35,940 nucleotides of DNA from positions 330,520 to 366,459 of the forward strand of contig NW_005201191.1 of the NCBI RefSeq assembly GCF_000372725.1. The letters run 5' to 3'. This document shows, in pieces, positions 25,094 to 35,940 of this stretch. The DNA is from Emiliania huxleyi CCMP1516 (Eukaryota). Each line of letters starts with the position of its first letter. Positions within the stretch are counted from its first letter, which is position 1. A program made the position numbers and the translations under genes. The notes under the pieces were generated by a model. It did not search any database. It was not told where the DNA came from and saw only the letters and a program-made list of their open reading frames with translations.

Positions 25094-28000
25094 GATTGCG
25101 AGCCTAGAGGGGGGGACCGCGCACCGCATTCGGCGTCTCGCGGGATGACAGACGCCCCGAGTAGAGCGGCTCGCAGCTTGAGTGCTGGTGAGCCCGGTGC
25201 TGGCAACTGGGCGTGCGCGAGAGGGGGAGAGGTGGGGAGAGGTGGGGAGAGGTGGGGAGAGGTGGGGAGAGGTAGGGAGAGGTGGGGAGAGGTGGGGAGA
25301 GGTGGACACGTTTACCGCCGCATCTATGCGCGCGAGCTCGAGGACGCGCGACAAGGCGGCGCACGTCTGCGTGTCGCCCATCTCCGCGTGGTGCTCGAGC
25401 AGCCGCGCCACGAGGGGCGAGAGGAGGGCGGACAGCCCGCCGCCCGCGCCGCCCGCGCCCGTCCCCGGTGCGAGCAGCCCGCTCAGCGGCAGCGGCGTGG
25501 CGGCGCAGCCACCCGAGAGTGCCGGCGCCGAAGGGAGGTTGGCTACGAGCAGCGAGAGCGCCTCCCACGCCGCCGACAGCTGGAGCCGCCCCGCCGCCGC
25601 CGCCGCGCGCGCGTTGTGCGCCGCGAGTCTGCGTGCTCAATACGCCAACCTCAGGGCGGGAGCACGGTCTTGTGCAGAGCCGTCCGAGCACCGCGTGAGT
25701 ACGAGGGAGGCGAATCCAGTGAAACCAGCGGGATGCAGCGGAGTAGTTGGGAGGCAAGACTCCGTGTCCGCTTCTAGGACGGCGAGCTCGTGCGGCTCTG
25801 CGCCGCTCATCCGGTAGGCGCGCGCCAGCAGAGCGACGCGGCCAGTGCGGCCGAGCCGGACGGGGGGGGAGAGCGGGGACGGCGGCGGCGGCGCAGCGCG
25901 TGCATCGCGGCGCGCTCCCGCCGCGGCGGACCCCGGGTCGCCCGCCGCGGCGCTCGCCACGCTGTCNNNNNNNNNNNNNNNNNNNNNNNNNNNNNNNNNN
26001 NNNNNNNNNNNNNNNNNNNNNNNNNNNNNNNNNNNNNNNNNNNNNNNNNNNNNNNNNNNNNNNNNNNNNNNNNNNNNNNNNNNNNNNNNNNNNNNNNNNN
26101 NNNNNNNNNNNNNNNNNNNNNNNNNNNNNNNNNNNNNNNNNNNNNNNNNNNNNNNNNNNNNNNNNNNNNNNNNNNNNNNNNNNNNNNNNNNNNNNNNNNN
26201 NNNNNNNNNNNNNNNNNNNNNNNNNNNNNNNNNNNNNNNNNNNNNNNNNNNNNNNNNNNNNNNNNNNNNNNNNNNNNNNNNNNNNNNNNNNNNNNNNNNN
26301 NNNNNGAGCGGGAGGGGAGCGGGAGGGGGCCCCAGCCTTTCGCGATCCGAGGCGCTGGTCGGCGGGCGTGTCGGGCGAAGAGAGGCCGGGCGACAGCAGC
26401 CGCGCCACTGGCGCCGGCGCGGCGCGGCGGTACGTCGGCCCGTCCGACGCCCTCGCAGCAGCCGCTGGCACGACCCCGACCTCGGCCGGCGGGGCGGAGG
26501 GGCCGCCGAGGTCGATCCGGCACAAGCCGGCCGCCCACGGCTGCCAGCTGCGCGCCGGCTCGCGGCTGCCTCCGGCGCGGGCGACGGTTTCCGACGGCGG
26601 CGGCGTGGGCGGCGGGGGCGACGACGCCGACGGCCTCAGGGCGGGCGACATGGGAGGCGAGCGGCGGCTGCTCTGCCTACGCGGGTGGTGCACCGACATG
26701 AGGGCGGGAAGACGGCAGTGTGCAGTGTCTTCAGAGCACCGCGTGGATACGAGGGGGGGGCGAATACAGCTGGATACGGTCGAGTACAGCGGAGTGCGTG
26801 TCCTCTCGCGCGCTAGCTGGCAGACAAGAATGCGTGGGTATTCCGCTTCTAGGGGCCCGACATATGGGGAGGTCTGGGGAGATGTGGGGAGATATTCCGC
26901 TTCTAGACGGCTGTGCCCCTGAGCGGCCGTGGGGAGCGTCGGCGGCGTGAGGGGCGGCGCGTGCTCTGCGCGCAGCCGCGGGATGTGCGGAGAGAAGGCG
27001 GAGAGCAGCTCGTCGCGAGGCCTATAGGGTTCGCGGGCGGCCGGCGCGTGCGGCCGGCGCGTCGTCGGCGCGGCGGAGCGAAAGCCGTGGGCGAGGGGGC
27101 AGACCCCCAGCAGAGTGCGACGGGGCAGGTGTCCGTGTACGGCGGGGGGGTGCGGCCGACGGAGAGCACGCTCACTCTGCCCGCCCGCGTGACGGCGACG
27201 ACCCTCTCCCCCCCCGCCGCCTGAGGGCCGGGAGAGAGGAAGGCGAACGCCGCGATCGGGCTGTCAGCGTGGCCGGCCGCCGCAGNNNNNNNNNNNNNNN
27301 NNNNNNNNNNNNNNNNNNNNNNNNNNNNNNNNNNNNNNNNNNNNNNNNNNNNNNNNNNNNNNNNNNNNNNNNNNNNNNNNNNNNNNNNNNNNNNNNNNNN
27401 NNNNNNNNNNNNNNNNNNNNNNNNNNNNNNNNNNNNNNNNNNNNNNNNNNNNNNNNNNNNNNNNNNNNNNNNNNNNNNNNNNNNNNNNNNNNNNNNNNNN
27501 NNNNNNNNNNNNNNNNNNNNNNNNNNNNNNNNNNNNNNNNNNNNNNNNNNNNNNNNNNNNNNNNNNNNNNNNNNNNNNNNNNNNNNNNNNNNNNNNNNNN
27601 NNNNNNNNNNNNNNNNNNNNNNNNNNNNNNNNNNNNNNNNNNNNNNNNNNNNNNNNNNNNNNNNNNNNNNNNNNNNNNNNNNNNNNNNNNNNNNNNNNNN
27701 NNNNNNNNNNNNNNNNNNNNNNNNNNNNNNNNNNNNNNNNNNNNNNNNNNNNNNNNNNNNNNNNNNNNNNNNNNNNNNNNNNNNNNNNNNNNNNNNNNNN
27801 NNNNNNNNNNNNNNNNNNNNNNNNNNNNNNNNNNNNNNNNNNNNNNNNNNNNNNNNNNNNNNNGCCACGAGTAGAGCGCGCGCCGGTTGTAGCGGACGTC
27901 AAACACCTGCAGGGGAGATCAGCCGAGATCACCCGAGATCACCCGAGACTACGCGTGGTACACTCCGAGCTGTTGATCTCGGGTGATCTCGGCTGATCTC

Positions 28001-28757
28001 GGGCGATCTCGGCTGATCTCGGCTGATCTCGGCTGATCTCCTGCACTCCGCCCGTCTCGAGCGCCGCTGCCAGGCAGTGGGCGAGCGGAGCCTCGCCGCC
28101 GCCTCCTCCGCCCGCAGCAGTGCCGCTGCCGCCGACGCCACCCTGCGCCGGCGAGGCCCACTGCACATCGCGCACCTCGCCCGCTGCCGGAAACGTGAGT
28201 TGTGCCGCATTTCGCACGTTGAGGTCCCACAGGCGGACGGTGCAGTCCTGAGAGCCGGAGAGCAGCCGAGGCGGCTCGTCGCTGGTGCAGACGACGCGGT
28301 TGACCGCGCGGCCGTGGCCCGCCATCGTGCGGACCAGGCGCGAGCCGCGGCGAGTCGTGTCCCACAGCAGAACCTCGCCCGAGATGGAGCCGGTGACGAG
28401 CTGCGCAGGCCGCTGCGACAACCAGCTCACGTCGTTCGAAGAGTGCGACGACGCCTTGCGCGTGTGCGCCAGCAGGTCGACGCCCTGCTGGGCGGCACCG
28501 CTGAGAGAGTAGGTGCGCAGCAGCTCGCGACCAGCCACAGCGACGCGGCTGCCGTCGGGCGAGACGGCGCACGAGTTGACGACCATATGTGCGCTATTGC
28601 CGTGTTCAGGATCAGTCTTGCCTCGTCACCGGTGCGTGGTGACGTACCCCGAGCCCGTCTTGGAGACGCACATGGTTGCTCTCGGCGAGGGAAGCGACTC
28701 GGGTTCGGTCTTGCTGGGGGGTGGGACCACGCGTCCGCAGTCTCGGTCGAGCGCCAT
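24608..28757 (-). CDS. WDR24: GATOR2/SEACAT complex subunit WDR24 (Sea2/Rtc1 orthologue), multi-exon with two gaps
   Basis: N-terminal WD40s (VAVAGR, GHGRAVNRV, LLSGSQDCTVRLWDL, EVRDVQW, ETGGVQ|VFDVR), the central ELAAHNA...AW and EMGDTQTC helices, and the C-terminal CGVC...WCQGCGHGGHLAHM...CPTGCGHRC zinc domain. The start is uncertain (28757, 28673 or 28586). Confidence 0.9.
25629..25787 (-). mobile_element. Introner-like intron, copy B (GC-AG, in WDR24)
   Basis: GCTCGCCGTC + CTAGAAGCGG...CGCAG. Removal restores PHE|LAAHNA. Confidence 0.85.
26677..26916 (-). mobile_element. Introner-like intron, copy C (GC-AG, in WDR24)
   Basis: GCACAGCCGT + CTAGAAGCGG (start duplicated)...CGTAG, followed by exon GCAGAGCAGC. 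Confidence 0.8.
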
Positions 28758-29520
28758 AAAGCCTGTTCCACCTACAGTGGGCACACCGTGCGCCCGACGG
28801 GGACATCCAAGCGCAGGCCCCGCACGCGGCCCTGCTGCCCTCCCGTCGGCTGAAATCGACCAGGCCCATCGCCGTGGACCCACCGGCGACTGCGGCGGCC
28901 CTAGCACCGGCCGATTGTTTGAGCGATGGCCTGTGCTGCGGCCATCTCGGACGTTTAAGCGGCGCCAGCCAGCGGCTCGGCCGCGCATCCTTCACACACG
29001 CCGCCACGACCGGGACGAGCGGCCCCGGTGTCGAGCCATGGTGTGAGCTGCATGTGCGCGGCGGCCGTGGCGACAGCAGGTCCACCAGACGGACCTCAAA
29101 GCTTGCCGTCGGCGTGCTGTCGTGGCGAGAGCGCGAGACAGCTGCAGAGGAGCCGAGTGCAGTGGCGAGCCAGAAGCTACCTGGGTCACCAAGTGGTAGC
29201 CCTTGCCCATTCTGACCAGGGCTGTGCTTTGGTGGGGTTGTGCTTGAGCGTGTGTGAAGTGGGAGTGCGTGCCGGCGGTGTCTGTGGGTGAAACGGGCGT
29301 GTGTGAGGCCGTAAGAGCCGTGGTATGAGCCAGAGTGGGCTTCATCACCCAAAATAAGGACGGTTTGGGACAGCTCAGACTTGATACTCATGGCACTGGG
29401 CCAGGAGAGCGACAGAGAAGNNNNNNNNNNNNNNNNNNNNNNNNNNNNNNNNNNNNNNNNNNNNNNNNNNNNNNNNNNNNNNNNNNNNNNNNNNNNNNNN
29501 NNNNNNNNNNNNNNNNNNNN

Positions 29521-29752
29521 TAAACCTACACTCTGAAAGTACACTCTCTTAGAGCTAGCCACCCAGTCACTCCTCGTCTCGCCTGTCCACGTAGTCTCCC
29601 CTCGTCGACCCCTGGTCAACTCACGGTCCACACCACGTAGGATTGGCCCATTGGCGCTTACGGCAGCACCACCACCTGAATCGCTCAGGGTCTCTCAGAA
29701 TGTACGCTAGCTGGGGGGCCTCCCCGGGGTCCCGCGACCCGAGCCGGAGCCC
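29521..29752 (+). repeat. 232-bp direct repeat, copy 2 (left edge hidden by a gap)
   Basis: Near-identical to 24332-24563. Confidence 0.92.
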
Positions 29753-30639
29753 ACTGGTACGAGATGTCACTCGCGGGCGCTCTCCTGGCCCAGGCCCATC
29801 AGTAGCAAGCCTGAGCTGTCCCAGACCGCACTTATCTCGGGTCTTCAAGCTCACACCGGCTCGTGATGCTCCGGTGTAGGCGCTCGAGAGCACTCCCGGT
29901 GGCCCTGGTCGACAATCCAGACCGCAATGTCTTCCAGGTCCGATACAAGCTTCCGTGAGGTCAGGACAGGACGGCCCTGGGCCAATTCGCCGCCATCGCC
30001 CTCCAACTCGTTCCAGTAACTCGCCCCCCCTCCCACCCTCCTTCTGTAAAAATCTTTATTTAGTCAAGTTTACGGCCGTAACATCAATCAACAAAATTAA
30101 TACCCACGTCCCTCGGCCAGGCCGCCGCCCTGCCCGAAAAGTCCGTCCAGTCTCACGTGTGAAAAGTCCGTCCAGTCTCACACACGTGGAAAGGGAGAGA
30201 GCACGTAAGCTCGGTATAGAGGCCAGCGGTAATGCTGGCGGCACCCCCACCCGAGGAGCATTCAGGGAGGATGCTCAGGGCAGACGTCACGCGGGGCACC
30301 CCATGCACTCTCCCCATCCGATGGTCGACGTCTCACAAGTCAGCAGGAACGCACGGGCAGTCCTCCGGCCACCGAGCCACCGCTCCGGTCCAGGTTCTAT
30401 GGCGTGCCACACGGAAGCGGTATGCGCGGACCCCCACCCGAGCAGTACGCATCGTTTACATTCGCATCGGCCAGGCCCCAGTTTCCAATACAGTCATCAC
30501 GGCACTTGCATTGCTCCATGGCCGGGCAGCATGTGACGCTCCCCGGAACGGCGGCCGTCGCACAGCGGACTGCTTCGTTAGTTTCGTCGGGGTCGAGGTA
30601 GTCGGGGATGCCGTCACTGTCCGCGTCGCCGGTGCCCTA

Positions 30640-30969
30640 CTCTCTCTCGAGGTTCTCGAGGTGGATATCCTTTGGCCGCGTTGGGTAGCGAGGATTGGTG
30701 TAACCCGAGCCACGGAGGCGTGTTTTCTGACGGCCGACCGTCAGTGCACGGAGTTGCCCCTTCTCCGACTCAGCTGCTCCGACTGCCCCGGCTAGTTCCC
30801 GAGGTCGTCGGGTGTGACCCCTTCGTCCCCCGAGACCTAGCGCGGGTGGGTTGGAGGGGCCTCGGAAAGGCGCGCAAGCACGCCCTACGTCTTCCCCTCC
30901 TCCCCATCGGGCCGCATGAGCGGCCACGCCTCGCAGATTCGTTTTCGCGCCTGGGTCAGGCGCGCGGGG
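30640..30969 (-). mobile_element. 3' part of a second copy of the structured repeat at 10678-11204
   Basis: The reverse complement aligns with ~10800-11135. Confidence 0.85.
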
Positions 30970-32520
30970 GGGGGGGGGGGGANNNNNNNNNNNNNNNNNN
31001 NNNNNNNNNNNNNNNNNNNNNNNNNNNNNNNNNNNNNNNNNNNNNNNNNNNNNNNNNNNNNNNNNNNNNNNNNNNNNNNNNNGCGCAGCGCCTTTCAGAG
31101 CTGTGCCCATGTGCGTCTGCCTAGTGCTGGCGCCCCATGGCCGTCCCGCGCCGCCCGCACCAGCTGCGCGCCCCTCGCACCACCAGAGGCAGCCGCATAT
31201 CCACTCACGCCGCGACGCGCGCCGCAGCACACCTCACCAGCACACCTGCGCCTTTTTGCGCCCTGTGCAGGCTCTGCAGACTGCTTCTGGCATCTCATAA
31301 GCGGCTGTACCAGGACGCGCCGCGAGTGCGACGGCACCGCGCAGGCCCAGGCGCGCACGCACGCCCGCACGCGCGCGCGCGCGCGCGCGCGCTTCCGCTC
31401 TCTGCTGCACAGACTGCCAGCCTGCACACACAGCATACAGCACCATGTGCACGCATACGCCTGACGATGCAGCCCGCACTCCACAACAATAGCCTGCCTC
31501 ACGCCTCACCACGCCACCCCGCGCTCACACCGCCAACAGCCCGATCAGAGAAACTGCAGCGCGCGCCTCTGCACGCCTGCAGTCTCTCTGCACTCTGAGC
31601 CGTCTCAATCCACCCCGCCGCCGCGCCTCCCCGGGCACACCGCAGCGAAGATGTGAGTCGAAGTATTGGATATCGGCCGAGCCTGCGCCTGCCGCACACA
31701 GTTCTTTTTACTGCCAAAGCATAAAAAGAAAAACACGAGGGCGACTTGCACTTTGGTCTTTCGGGACTTTGCACTTTGCACTTCTGCACTAAGCGCAAAG
31801 GCCACACAAAGAAGTCACTGTGAGAGTCATTTTGTTGAAACAAAAGAGAAACGATTTATCACCTTGACAAACAGCGACGACCAGCAGCAACGACCTAGAG
31901 CAGCGTCCTGCCGAGTGTGTGTAGCACCGACGCAGACGCACCCCAGGCACTACACTACGACGGCTAGGCAGACCTCACCAGTCCGATAAGGATCAACTGG
32001 AAGGTTGAACCTCGAGCTTAGACAGAACGGGCGCGACAGACTCCAGGGGAGATCGCGCTCTACTCGGGGCACCAAGGAGGAAAACCGAAACCGTTTGGGT
32101 GCCCCACAACAACCCAAACGCCACAACCCAAGCGTCACACCTCCCCCCCACGTCCCCCCCCCCTTGGGGACGTAGCGCACGCCCTTGCTCGGAGAGAGTG
32201 GGGGGGGAGGGGGGGTGGGGGAATAGGAGGAGCCAACGAGCACGGAGTAAGGTCCACAGTAGAGAGGCAGGCATTTAAGGCGTAACTTCACCCTCGCTCA
32301 CCTCGAGTATATCTAGGCGCCCTGGTGCAGTCGGTCTTCGGATCAGCGGCCAGCTTCCCATCTAGGGCAGGGAACCCCCAGCGACGCTAGTGTGGCCTAC
32401 GGTAGCCATAGCTTGTACGCGATCCCGGGGCAGGGGGGTGTGGACTCTGGAGCTCCAAGAGAGGATAGAGAGAGGAAGGGAGATTGGTGTGCCGGTTTTT
32501 TGAGCTAGCAATTTTTTTTT

Positions 32521-32830
32521 TCAGGCGCGCGGGGCATCCACCGGGTCGCTCGACCAGCGATCCGAAGAGTGGCCGCTATGCGAAGGAAAGAGCGGGGCCC
32601 TCGGGGTACGCCTCCATCCGGCCCCCTCCGAGGGGGGAAGGGAACTGCGGGGTCCCCACGGGCGCCTCAGTTCGGCCCTCCCGAGGGGGGGAGGGGAGCA
32701 AGGGGGTGGGGGGATCGGGGTGGGGGGGAGGGGTCTCGGTTTCATGTGGCTAAAACTTGCCTTTCGGGGAGGGGCCTCGGGAAAGGCGAGCGCAGTGGCG
32801 CGCGCCCTACGTAATCCCCTCCTCCCCAGA
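32521..32830 (-). mobile_element. 5' part of the second copy of the structured repeat, plus partial duplications
   Basis: The reverse complement of 32521-32665 aligns with 10678-10814. 32767-32828 resembles 30853-30906. Confidence 0.8.
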
Positions 32831-33307
32831 GGCAGCGAGTAGGCAGCGAGAGGAGGTCTCGAGCGCCTATATGAAGGTATGAGGTTGTCCCGCACACGCA
32901 GCGGCCTATCCCGAAACAGAAGATCCACCTCTCCAGCGGCAAACAGCCACAGGGGGCTAGAGAGAGGCGCCAATTTTGAAATTGCCCGAGACAGCCTGGA
33001 GATGGCCCCGCGTTGTAGCCCCGGTGCCGGCGCCTCACATCTCAGCATTCCGGGGCCGGTTCCGCCGCGCAGTCGAGCAGCAGGATCTCGGGAACAGCTT
33101 TGTCGACAAAGACCTTGAGCAAAATTTCGGCGAAGAAGCGTCACCGGCGGCACGCCGGGATGAATCCGCACCGATCCCATTGTTCGGCACCGCGACGGCG
33201 AGCCGCCGCGGGCCCACAGGAGGGCTCGGAGCCGCGGCACCGGTCCGCGCCGCCAGCAGGGCGAGAGCACCAGCCTACAACCTGCCGACATGGCAGTTGC
33301 GACGGCG

Positions 33308-33362
<55 letters not shown>

Positions 33363-33449
33363 CCTCCGACGGGACTAAGGGCGGCAGGGGAGCAAGGGGG
33401 GTGTGAACCCGCTTATTTCGTCCTTCCTCGCGCCTTCAATGCCCGGCAG

Positions 33450-34251
33450 ATGGCTCGCGCGATCGCGCTGCTCGTCGCGTCGTCGCTGCTCCCGCTGGTC
33501 GCGGGGCAGGCCGCGCAGCAGTGGCTCGACACTCTGACTCTGCACTCGGCTCGGCTGGTGCTGCGGCTGTCGACGCTCGCCGATGGAGACGACCCAGTCG
33601 GCGGCGGGCAGAAAATGTCAATTGTGCTCACCGAGGCGGCTTGCTTCAACATTCGGGTGGGCCACGGCCATGGCGAGACTGCCCTCGACTCGCACGTCGA
33701 GTTTGGAGGCGGCGCAGCCACAGGGGCAGCGGCAGGCGCGGACGGCGGCAGCGGTTCAATCAGCGGCTGGACGCAGCTAGTGGTGGCGTTCCGCGAGGTG
33801 GACTTCACCTGCCACTTTGGAAGGGTGGAGGGGTTCGACGGCTGGACCGAGCCGGTGGGCGGAGAGGACGGCGTCAGCCTGCAGCTCCCAGCGGCCAAGC
33901 TGGGCATCGTCCACACGCTCGTGATCGGTGACCCGGCAGAGGAGGTGCGTACAGTACCACGCACACGCCTCCCCCTCGGGTGCAGCGTGGGTAGAGGCGG
34001 ATGCGCACGTGGCGTGCCGCCTCCGCGGCCTGCCGCGCCGCGCACGCGCCTGCTCCTCTCCCAATCTCGCCCTCCTCGCCCTCGCCCACTCTCTCTCTCC
34101 CTTCTCCTGGCTTCCCCGTGTGTGTGCCGCAGGTGGAGCTGTCGGTCAAGGACGTCGCTGGCGAGATCGCGCTGCAGGTGCACACAACACACCTCACCCC
34201 ACCCCCACCCCCACCCCCACCCTTACCCTCACTCACCTTGCCCTCACCCTG

Positions 34252-34289
<38 letters not shown>

Positions 34290-35540
34290 CCTGACCCTCA
34301 CCCCTCACCCCTCACCCTGCCCCTGCCCCTGCCCCCGACCCCGACCCTGACCCCGACCCTGACCCCGACCCTGACCCCGACCCTGACCCCGACCCTGACC
34401 CCGACCCCGACCCTGACCCTGACCCTGACCCTGACCCTGACCCTGACCCTGACCCCGACCCTGACCCCGACCCTGACCCCGACCCTGACCCCGACCCTGA
34501 CCCTGACCCTAGGTGCACGTCGACGCAGACTCGATCCCGGAGCGGCTCTCCGCGCCCTTCGCACAAGTGACCCCTCCCTCGGACCGGATCGCCATCACCG
34601 TCCACCACCCTAGAAGCGGAAGACGTGTTCTTGTCTCCCAACTAGCGCCCGAGAGGACACGTATTCAGCTGTCTTCACCCGTATTCCGCTGTATTCACTC
34701 TGATCTTCTCCCTCGTATTCACGCCGTGCTCTGAAGACGCTGCACAAGACCGTGCTCCCGCCCTGACGTTGGCGTACTCTGCGACTAGGTCCACCACCTC
34801 CTCACCGACTTCATCGTCAACACTTTCATCAACTCGTTCGGCGCGCGAGATATGGGGAGATATGGGGAGATATGGGGAGATTCGTCGTCAGCGCTTTCAT
34901 CAACTCGTTCGGCGCGCGAGATATGGGGAGATATGGGGAGATATGGGGAGATTCATCGTCAACGCTTTCATCAACTCGTTCGGCGCGCGAGATATGGGGA
35001 GATATGGGGAGATATGGGGAGATTCGTCGTCAGCGCTTTCATCAACTCGTTCGGCGCGCGAGATATGGGGAGATATGGGGAGATATGGGGAGATTCGTCG
35101 TCAGCGCTTTCATCAACTCGTTCGGCGCGCGCCACGGCCTCTCTCCACAAGCCTGCGCAGACACTTCCGAGACACCTCCGAGACACCTCCGAGACACTTC
35201 CGAGACACCTCCGAGACACCTCCGAGACACCTCCGAGACACCTCCAAGACCCTTCCGAGACACCTCCTAGACACCTCCGAGACACCTCCAAGACCCTTCC
35301 GAGACACCTCCGAGACACCTCCTAGACACCTCCGAGACAGCACCGAGCTGAAAGGTTCTCTTCACCCCCCACCCGCCTCGTCACGCCTGTCCCTCGCGGG
35401 CAGGGGTGCTGGTGCAGCACCTCCTCTCCGCCTTCGTCACCGACATGATCGCCTACCTTGTCGAGCAGCAGGGCACCGAGGCGATCCAGGCCCTCCGACG
35501 CCTCCTTTTGCCTCAGATCGCCGCCGACCGAGCCGGCAGG
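33450..35540 (+). CDS. Secreted or membrane hypothetical protein, multi-exon, probably continuing past the window
   Basis: Signal peptide MARAIALLVASSLLPLVAG. Exons approx. 33450-33944, 34133-34177, 34513-34599, 34789-34840 and 35404-~35539 splice in frame through GT/GC-AG sites. Confidence 0.65.
34190..34512. repeat. Intronic hexamer repeat (CCCTCA/CCCTGA/CCCCGA)n
   Basis: Direct observation; bounded by GT at 34178 and AG at 34512. Confidence 0.9.
34600..34788 (+). mobile_element. Introner-like intron, copy A (GT-AG) with a perfect 10-bp duplication
   Basis: GTCCACCACC (34600-34609) + CTAGAAGCGG...GACTAG + GTCCACCACC (34789-34798). Confidence 0.88.
34808..35340 (+). repeat. 71-bp exon/intron-junction tandem array (~4.5 copies) followed by (CCGAGACACCT)n
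   Basis: AACTCGTTCG recurs at 34831, 34902, 34973, 35044 and 35115; each unit carries (GAGATATGGG)x3. The 11-bp repeat spans ~35160-35340. Confidence 0.93.
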
Positions 35541-35940
35541 TGGCGGCTTCGAGAGTACCCGACAGGACCCGACAGGACCCGACAGGACCCGAGTCCACCA
35601 CTTGCGCACACACGCACACGGCACCCACGCGCCCTCTGCCTCGCCCCCCTTGCTTGCCCCGACGGCGGCGCAAGTCAGCCCCAGCGCGGCGCGTCTAGCT
35701 CACGACCTTTCTCGCCTTCTCCCCACCTCGGCTGCCCCCGAAACCCTCCCCTTCGGCTGCCCCCCCCCCCCCCCTTGAAAGAAGAGAGAGGAGCCCCTGG
35801 ATAGGTAAGCGAACACCAGGCCCTGCCACAGCCGGCGGGCCGGCAAATCATCGCCGACGGCGGCCGACTGCCGGGTGCCGCGTGACATGATGCTTCGGGC
35901 GCGTTATCTTCCGCCGGTGGGCCCCGACGGGAGGGGCTCC

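Noticed and set aside
34190..34512. Telomere-like hexamer tract
   Set aside because: Units are CCCTGA/CCCTCA/CCCCGA rather than CCCTAA and lie inside a GT-AG intron.

Overview
GC-rich eukaryotic draft scaffold with seven N-gaps (approx. 1031-1690, 3888-3987, 4951-5237, 25967-26304, 27286-27863, 29421-29520, 30983-31082). The GC content, frequent GC-AG introns and introns filled with 10-11-bp tandem repeats resemble a haptophyte such as Emiliania (Gephyrocapsa) huxleyi; this is inference, not a database result. Recognisable host genes are a YUCCA-like flavin monooxygenase (+), a WDR24/GATOR2 subunit (-), a probable Tat-targeted thylakoid-lumen protein with an EF-hand, an intronless Cys-rich LamG/lectin-like ORF and a secreted multi-exon gene at the right end. 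The rest is densely nested mobile DNA: a spliced IS3EU/IS481-like DDE transposase gene, a young non-autonomous LTR element inside a TACGGGG...CCCCGTA element, a Harbinger-type MITE, a CAC...GTG TIR element, and a dispersed structured repeat with covarying stems. The most notable observation is three homologous introns in two unrelated genes. Each has the layout [10-nt copy of the next exon's start, supplying the GT/GC donor] + CTAGAAGCGG...AG, which is the signature of an intron-generating mobile element (Introner).
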